DNA of 64,000 nucleotides from Myxococcota bacterium (GTDB lineage Bacteria; Myxococcota_A; UBA796; JAJRTE01; JBJTQF01): NCBI GenBank assembly GCA_046075485.1, contig JBJTQF010000371.1, positions 29,217 to 93,216 of the forward strand, read 5' to 3'. Shown piece by piece: positions 58,654 to 64,000 of this stretch (position 1 is its first letter; each line of letters starts with the position of its first letter). The notes under the pieces were generated by a model. It saw only the letters and a program-made list of their open reading frames with translations, ran no database searches and was not told where the DNA came from. The position numbers and the translations under genes were made by a program.

Positions 58654-59910
58654 TTATGCCTCCCCCGTCTTCTCAAGACACTCTTGCACTGCATAGGCAA
58701 TGCCTGAGATCTTTCGAGCCGGAATTCCCGAGATGGCAATCCGAATGCCTTTGTCCATCGGCACCACGTAGATCAACTTTTCGGTCAATAGATTCATCAG
58801 ACGGGTGGAGTCAATGGTGGGCACAGAGATGAAAAAGCCGGAGCGATAGGGCATAAAACGAAGGCCCACTTCGGCGGCTTCTTCATGGAAGACACTGGCG
58901 CGATAGTTGAGCATGCGACGATATCCTTCACGCTCTTCGGCGATCTTTTCGGCCAGCCCTTTCTCTCGATACAACAAGCCGGTGAGCTGCATGCCTACAC
59001 GCGGGACGTTGGTCCACACGGCACGGGCGGATGCTGCATTCACTTCCAAAAACTCATCCATCACATCCCGATCTTGAGAGACACCAATAAACGCACCGGT
59101 GCGCATTCCATACTGTGTCAAGCTCTTGGAGATCGAGTATCCCACACCCACCAACATGTTACGAGGAATAGGCGTCAAGGTCTGAAACAGTGCGCGGGCT
59201 TGGTTGCCTGCGGCAGCATAGTCAATATAAGGTGCATCAATAAAGACGGTCAGACATCGCTCGGGATCCTTCAGCAAGCTGCGCAGAAATGCCATCAGCT
59301 CACGCCACTGATCCAAGGTCATATCGTATCCGGTCGGATTATGCGCGGGGTCGTTAAACACCACAATGGCGCGCGCTTGGGTCTCATAGAGCTTCAGGAG
59401 CTTCTGCTTGAGATCGTCGAGGGAGAACTCTAGGTGATCATTGAACATCTTATAGGTGTCGATCTTACGAAGATGTTCGGTCGCGATGGTATCATACGGA
59501 TTCCAGCGCCAGTCTGGCACCAAGATGGTGTCTCCAATGTCGGCATAGTTCCAGAAGCAGTTGCGCAAGGCACCGGTCGAGCCGGGAGTTGCCACCACTT
59601 CGACATAGGCGTCTGGAACGTACTCTCCAAAGGCGAAGAGCTTGGCGGCAGCACGAAAGTCTGGGGGCCCAAAAAACGGAGAGTAGGCTGCAAAGTCGGC
59701 AGCACTCAGCCGTCTCACGACGTCATCGACGGTCGGTAAGACAGCCATCTGCTCTTTGTCATCCAAAATGATGCCTACGGTTGCATTGACAACCCGATCT
59801 TTGCCATACTTTGCCACTGCTTGCTCGGCCATTCCGCCAGCGGTGAAGATGACATCTCTGACCACCTTGCCATAAGCATGGCGGCCCACCATCGAATATC
59901 GCTCCGTCAT
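58654..59910 (-). CDS. PLP-dependent aminotransferase, class I/II
   Basis: NATVG, NDPAHNPTG, D.PY and SISKS...YG.R.G (PLP lysine) motifs. Confidence 0.9.
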   Translation of the reverse strand: MTERYSMVGRHAYGKVVRDVIFTAGGMAEQAVAKYGKDRVVNATVGIILDDKEQMAVLPTVDDVVRRLSAADFAAYSPFFGPPDFRAAAKLFAFGEYVPDAYVEVVATPGSTGALRNCFWNYADIGDTILVPDWRWNPYDTIATEHLRKIDTYKMFNDHLEFSLDDLKQKLLKLYETQARAIVVFNDPAHNPTGYDMTLDQWRELMAFLRSLLKDPERCLTVFIDAPYIDYAAAGNQARALFQTLTPIPRNMLVGVGYSISKSLTQYGMRTGAFIGVSQDRDVMDEFLEVNAASARAVWTNVPRVGMQLTGLLYREKGLAEKIAEEREGYRRMLNYRASVFHEEAAEVGLRFMPYRSGFFISVPTIDSTRLMNLLTEKLIYVVPMDKGIRIAISGIPARKISGIAYAVQECLEKTGEA

Positions 59911-60058
59911 CGGCTCTCCCCGCGTCGGGTGGGGGGCGTTCCAAACAAACACCCACGGAAAAATATGGCCTGCATGGGGCCTGGAGGGAAGCCGGGAGGC
60001 TGTTGAACCTCCGAGGGGCTTCTCTGCTGTGTGCTGCGAATGGCAGCATTGACGGGGA

Positions 60059-60088
60059 AGTATAGCTGGCGCTTGAAGCGAACGTCAA
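60059..60088 (-). promoter_or_regulatory. sigma70-like promoter for the aminotransferase-mla unit
   Basis: Minus strand TTGACG-N18-TATACT. Confidence 0.5.
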
Positions 60089-60121
60089 GCCTGCGCGCAG
60101 CCGGATAACCGGTGAGTCGTA

Positions 60122-60150
60122 TTGACAAGGCTCGTCACGCGGGATAACGT
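60122..60150 (+). promoter_or_regulatory. sigma70-like promoter, divergent
   Basis: TTGACA-N17-TAACGT. Confidence 0.4.
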
Positions 60151-60199
60151 GGCAGTTAAAGGATTTTCCTTCTACCAACCGCGTCGATGAGGAACCAGC

Positions 60200-61807
60200 A
60201 TGAGGGGTCATCACCCAGCCCACCTGCGCGATGTGAGAGCGCCAGCCCAGCTCCCGTTTTTGGTTTCGATGCTGCTCTTGACGGGGTGTGCCGGATCAAG
60301 CGCCTTCCAACGAGGTGTCGAGCTGGAAAACGCAGGGCGAATCGAGGACGCAGTCTTGGCTTTTCGTTCGGTGGCCGAAACCTCCGGGGGAGAAGCCACA
60401 CGGGCTCAGCAACGTATGATGTTGCTTGAGGAAAAGCTGGCGGCCAGCCGACTTCCAGCGGCCAACCTCGCGCTGCAAGAAGGTCGTTTGGAAGAGGCCA
60501 TCGATGCATGTGCCGAGCTGCTGCGCCTTGCACCTGATGTCCAAGAGGTTCAGACTTTTTTTGGGGCGGTGCGTGAGCAGACCCTCCGGCAGGTGCAAAA
60601 GGAGCTCACCGAAGGAGCTCCGCTTAAGGGTGCTGCACTCTTCAATCGACTTCGTACCGGTGCTGTCGGAGATGACGCCCGCATGGAAGGGCTGGCACGG
60701 GATGTTCGACGCCTCCGCGAGACGCTGCTCTCCCGAATTGAGACCCTCGAGTCCAATCAATGGCTAGGAAATGCACTGCTCGCTCGGATGGCATTTGACC
60801 GCTTGGGGCAGGATGGACAAGGGACGAGCGCCTCCACGCGCCAAGCCCTAGAGCACTGGCAGCAGCTCCATCGCCTTCCTGTGACGCTGGATGTTTCGGG
60901 CAAGAGCAGCCAACGAGACGCCATCTCCACGGCGGTGGCGGCCCTGCCCTTTAAGTCCCCTTCCTTATATTACGCGCCGGGCGGCAAACGCAGCGATGGA
61001 CTTCAGCTCGAGCTCATGGACTTAGACGATGTGCTAAACGCTTCAAGCGAAAATGGTTTTGCCATTCGCTCTGTTCAAGCCGGAACCAAACGAGGTCCCA
61101 ACCCCGAGATCAAACGCACGCAAGAGAAACTCGACGGCCTCGAAGCCAGCATTATGCAGCTCGGGGAGCGCATCGACAGCCTCAACACGCAGCTCACCAC
61201 CCTCAGAGCGGGGGTAGAAAAATCACCTCTGACCGCAGAGCTGACGCGGGTGGAGCGAGAACATCACCTCAGAAGCCAGGAATATGTGGCACTTCAGGAG
61301 TCGATGGCAGGCTTGCCTCGCGAGGTAGACTTAATTCAATATCAAGATATTCGTTTTCCTCAAGAGGTGTTCCGTCGTACCGTGACATTTAATGCACGTT
61401 ACAAAGCCACCAGCACTCGTGCAGGTCTTCCGCTCAAGGTAGAGCTCCCCCTCCAGGGCAAAGCAGAGACGTCCTGTGGGGTCCATCCCGCCTATCCACA
61501 GTATGGGGTGGCGGCGGGGGTGCTCAAGTTTGAGGTCAACGACACAGAGCTTCGTGGGCGTGCGCTCGAGGCGCTGGCTCGACAGGTGATAGAAACCACG
61601 GAGCGACTACTGAATGACAGCCTGATTTTGCAGCGAAAGACCGCGCGTGAGCAGGAGCGAGCTCAGCAAGCAGAGGAGGCATTGGAAATCTGGCTTCGTG
61701 TGGCGACCATGAGCCCAGGCGAGGTGCCAGATGAAGTCCGCCAGGCCCTCGGCCAACGAGGATTGAGTGAGCTGGAGCCGCTGAGAACGCCTCCCACGAC
61801 CCGCTGA
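60200..61807 (+). CDS. Hypothetical lipoprotein with TPR-like helices and a coiled coil
   Basis: LLTGC lipobox; heptad region KLDGLEASIMQLGERIDSLNTQL. Confidence 0.7.
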   Translation: MRGHHPAHLRDVRAPAQLPFLVSMLLLTGCAGSSAFQRGVELENAGRIEDAVLAFRSVAETSGGEATRAQQRMMLLEEKLAASRLPAANLALQEGRLEEAIDACAELLRLAPDVQEVQTFFGAVREQTLRQVQKELTEGAPLKGAALFNRLRTGAVGDDARMEGLARDVRRLRETLLSRIETLESNQWLGNALLARMAFDRLGQDGQGTSASTRQALEHWQQLHRLPVTLDVSGKSSQRDAISTAVAALPFKSPSLYYAPGGKRSDGLQLELMDLDDVLNASSENGFAIRSVQAGTKRGPNPEIKRTQEKLDGLEASIMQLGERIDSLNTQLTTLRAGVEKSPLTAELTRVEREHHLRSQEYVALQESMAGLPREVDLIQYQDIRFPQEVFRRTVTFNARYKATSTRAGLPLKVELPLQGKAETSCGVHPAYPQYGVAAGVLKFEVNDTELRGRALEALARQVIETTERLLNDSLILQRKTAREQERAQQAEEALEIWLRVATMSPGEVPDEVRQALGQRGLSELEPLRTPPTTR

Positions 61808-61936
61808 TGGTCTCCTGTGTGCAGCTCAAACGGGATGTGAGCATCAAGTAGCCAGCTTTTGAAGCCTTGTGGTTGGAAATCATTCACAAGGCTTCTCCCG
61901 CAGGATTTAGGATATTTCCCCTTATTTTCTCAAGTG

Positions 61937-63700
61937 TTAGCTTGCAGACTGCCCCAGACGCAGCACCCGTCCGGGACGAGCCCCCGTAAGCCGCCCCTGC
62001 TGCACCACCACCTCACCCTTCACCAGTGTTGCACGAAATCCATCCACTTCTTGGATGAGTCGCTTCCCACCGGCGGGCAGATCATGCAGAAGCCGAGGGC
62101 GCTTCAGGCGCAGGTTCTCCAGCTCAATGAGGTTGATGTCGGCCCGCTGACCAACCTCCAACGTCCCGCGATCTTGGAAGCCCATATAACGAGCAGTATC
62201 GTGGGCTAACATTCGGACGGCACGCTCGAGAGGCATTCGCCCTTCGGGACGCTCTCGCACCCACCAAGTCAACAGGAAGGTGGACATGCTGGCATCGCAG
62301 ATGGTGCCAACATGGGCCCCCGCATCACCTAAGCCGGGAAGGGCCAGCGGATGGGCGAGCATGTGCTGAACGGCACTCAAGTTGCCAGTTCCATAATTAT
62401 AAAGTGGAAAATAAAGCAGCTCGTGGCCATCATCCTCTAACAAGGCGTCGTACATGGCTTCGAGGGGAGAGAGGCCACGCCGAGTGGCTTCCGCAAAAAG
62501 TGAGGTTTCGGGGGCAGGCTCATAGTGGGGCTGCTCCCCGAGGCGAAAGATGCGCCGGGAGAGCATGGGCAGGTTGGAGAGCAACAAGTCTGCCAACGGA
62601 GGAATGGGACTGCCATCACCCGACAGACGCCCCGATTTTTCACTCAGGAGCTGCGCGCGGAAGGCAGGCTGGCGCATACGCTCAACCCGTTCCGCCAACG
62701 GGAGCTGAGAGATCTCACGATAGCTTGGATAGCCAACAAAGGGGTGGAAGGTTGCTTCTAGTCCCAACATGACACCGATGGCACGGGAAGCCACTTGAAC
62801 ACGCAAGGGAATTCCCTTCTCGTGCGCTTGTTCTGCTCTGGCCAGGATTCGTTGCCACTGGCCGGGGGCTTGATCACGCTGCATTAAGGAGATGGACAGC
62901 GGATGTCCGGCAGCGGCTGCCGCCATTCGCTCGAGCACGTCAAACTCACCGTCAAAAGGCGCGGGGCCCTGGGCCATGTCAAAATCCGAGACCGCTTGCA
63001 AGACGCCGTGGGAGAGCCCTTCAAAAGCACAGGCAATACCCTCGAGCTCACGAATACTGGCTTCGGCGGCAGGTGTGGCACGTCCATCGGCAGCACGATG
63101 GTTATCGGTCCTGCCTGTACTGAAGCCAACAGCGCCCGCCTCGAGGGCTTGCCGCAAGAGCGATTGCATGGCTTCAACCTCCGCTTCCGTGGCGACCTCC
63201 CCGGCGAGTGCTCGCTCACCCATCACGTACACGCGCAGAGGGTCATGGGTGACTTGGAGGGCGATGTCCAGGGTACGGGGAAAATCGAGGGCATCTAAAT
63301 ACTGCGGGAATGACTCCCAATTCCAAGTAATGCCCTCTGAAAGTGCGGCACCGGGGATATCTTCCACCCCTTCCATCAAGGCAATCAGGCTCTGGCGATC
63401 CTGAGGGCGGGCGGGTGCAAACCCAACGCCACAACTACCCAAGACGCATGTGGTGACCCCATGCAAAATAGAAGGGATCATGTCTGGATCCCAAGAGGCT
63501 TGCCCATCATAATGGGTGTGAAGATCGGTAAATCCGGGGGTTACGATGGTACCGCTGGCGTCGAGGCTGGGGGCGGTCACGTCACTCAGATCGCCCAGAA
63601 CGGCAATCTTGCCATCGACAATGCCGATGTCTGCGCGATAGGGTGGACGTCCGGTGCCATCCACGAGCTGGCCTCCTACAATTTTGAGCTGAAGTGTCAT
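61937..63700 (-). CDS. N-acyl-D-amino-acid deacylase family amidohydrolase
   Basis: VDGTG, PGFTDLHTHYD, HGVTT.VLG.CG, DAGAH and DRG motifs; GGGAG RBS before ATG 63700. Confidence 0.92.
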   Translation of the reverse strand: MTLQLKIVGGQLVDGTGRPPYRADIGIVDGKIAVLGDLSDVTAPSLDASGTIVTPGFTDLHTHYDGQASWDPDMIPSILHGVTTCVLGSCGVGFAPARPQDRQSLIALMEGVEDIPGAALSEGITWNWESFPQYLDALDFPRTLDIALQVTHDPLRVYVMGERALAGEVATEAEVEAMQSLLRQALEAGAVGFSTGRTDNHRAADGRATPAAEASIRELEGIACAFEGLSHGVLQAVSDFDMAQGPAPFDGEFDVLERMAAAAAGHPLSISLMQRDQAPGQWQRILARAEQAHEKGIPLRVQVASRAIGVMLGLEATFHPFVGYPSYREISQLPLAERVERMRQPAFRAQLLSEKSGRLSGDGSPIPPLADLLLSNLPMLSRRIFRLGEQPHYEPAPETSLFAEATRRGLSPLEAMYDALLEDDGHELLYFPLYNYGTGNLSAVQHMLAHPLALPGLGDAGAHVGTICDASMSTFLLTWWVRERPEGRMPLERAVRMLAHDTARYMGFQDRGTLEVGQRADINLIELENLRLKRPRLLHDLPAGGKRLIQEVDGFRATLVKGEVVVQQGRLTGARPGRVLRLGQSAS

Positions 63701-64000
63701 GTGAGCTACTCCCTGTCGCTGGATTTGAGCGGTAAAACGTGATGATGACCTGCGGCGAGAATGGGATACTATGTACACAGCCCTATCGCAGCGTCAATCG
63801 AAGAGCACACAGAGACGATAAAAATAGGCTCTTGGGTGGCAGAGTTCAGGAAATAGTGGGCTTGGCGCTGCTCAGAGAGGTCGGACATCAAGAGCGGCAG
63901 AGATGCGATTCCGACTGAATGGCATGAATGGACAGTTATCGCATCGGGAGCCGATGCGCCCGCCGATCAGCAGCTCCGTCTGAGGCCGCGAAAGGCTGGC

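Overview
A gene-dense, moderately GC-rich bacterial chromosomal segment with about 45 CDSs. The gene repertoire suggests a Myxococcota or other deltaproteobacterial-type host; this is an inference from the Ser/Thr kinase-FHA, PEGA, FGE-domain, MepA-HEAT, FHIPEP and many lipoprotein genes. I found no tRNA, rRNA, integrase, transposase or CRISPR-cas genes. From left to right: a DUF2997-DUF1257-Ycf46-type AAA+ cassette divergent from an NrdG-like radical SAM gene and a HExxH protein; an M19 dipeptidase; an Aur1/PAP2-like membrane enzyme; a soluble FHIPEP protein; a TonB-dependent receptor with two His-motif lipoproteins; a TPR-SLT and MepA-HEAT murein hydrolase pair; an S8 protease with five exact copies of HVVGVIIGD in its tail, downstream of a pseudo-cyclase STAND-TPR gene; RluA; a receiver domain; a glutaredoxin; an SDR; a CBM-like protein; a pseudokinase-2xFHA; TlpA; a cupin; a PEGA protein; DUF2079, FGE and GT-C-like genes following TatT/TatP TRAP components; a MidA-like methyltransferase-TPR; a WD40 protein; an AbrB-like protein; an Mla/Mce ABC operon; an aminotransferase; and a D-aminoacylase. 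Several intergenic tandem repeats, REP-like hairpins and alternating purine-pyrimidine tracts are present. The best candidates for undescribed systems are the S8 repeat-tail plus STAND locus, the AAA+/radical SAM/HExxH locus and the His-motif TonB-dependent uptake trio. All family calls come from motif recognition by eye, not from database searches.
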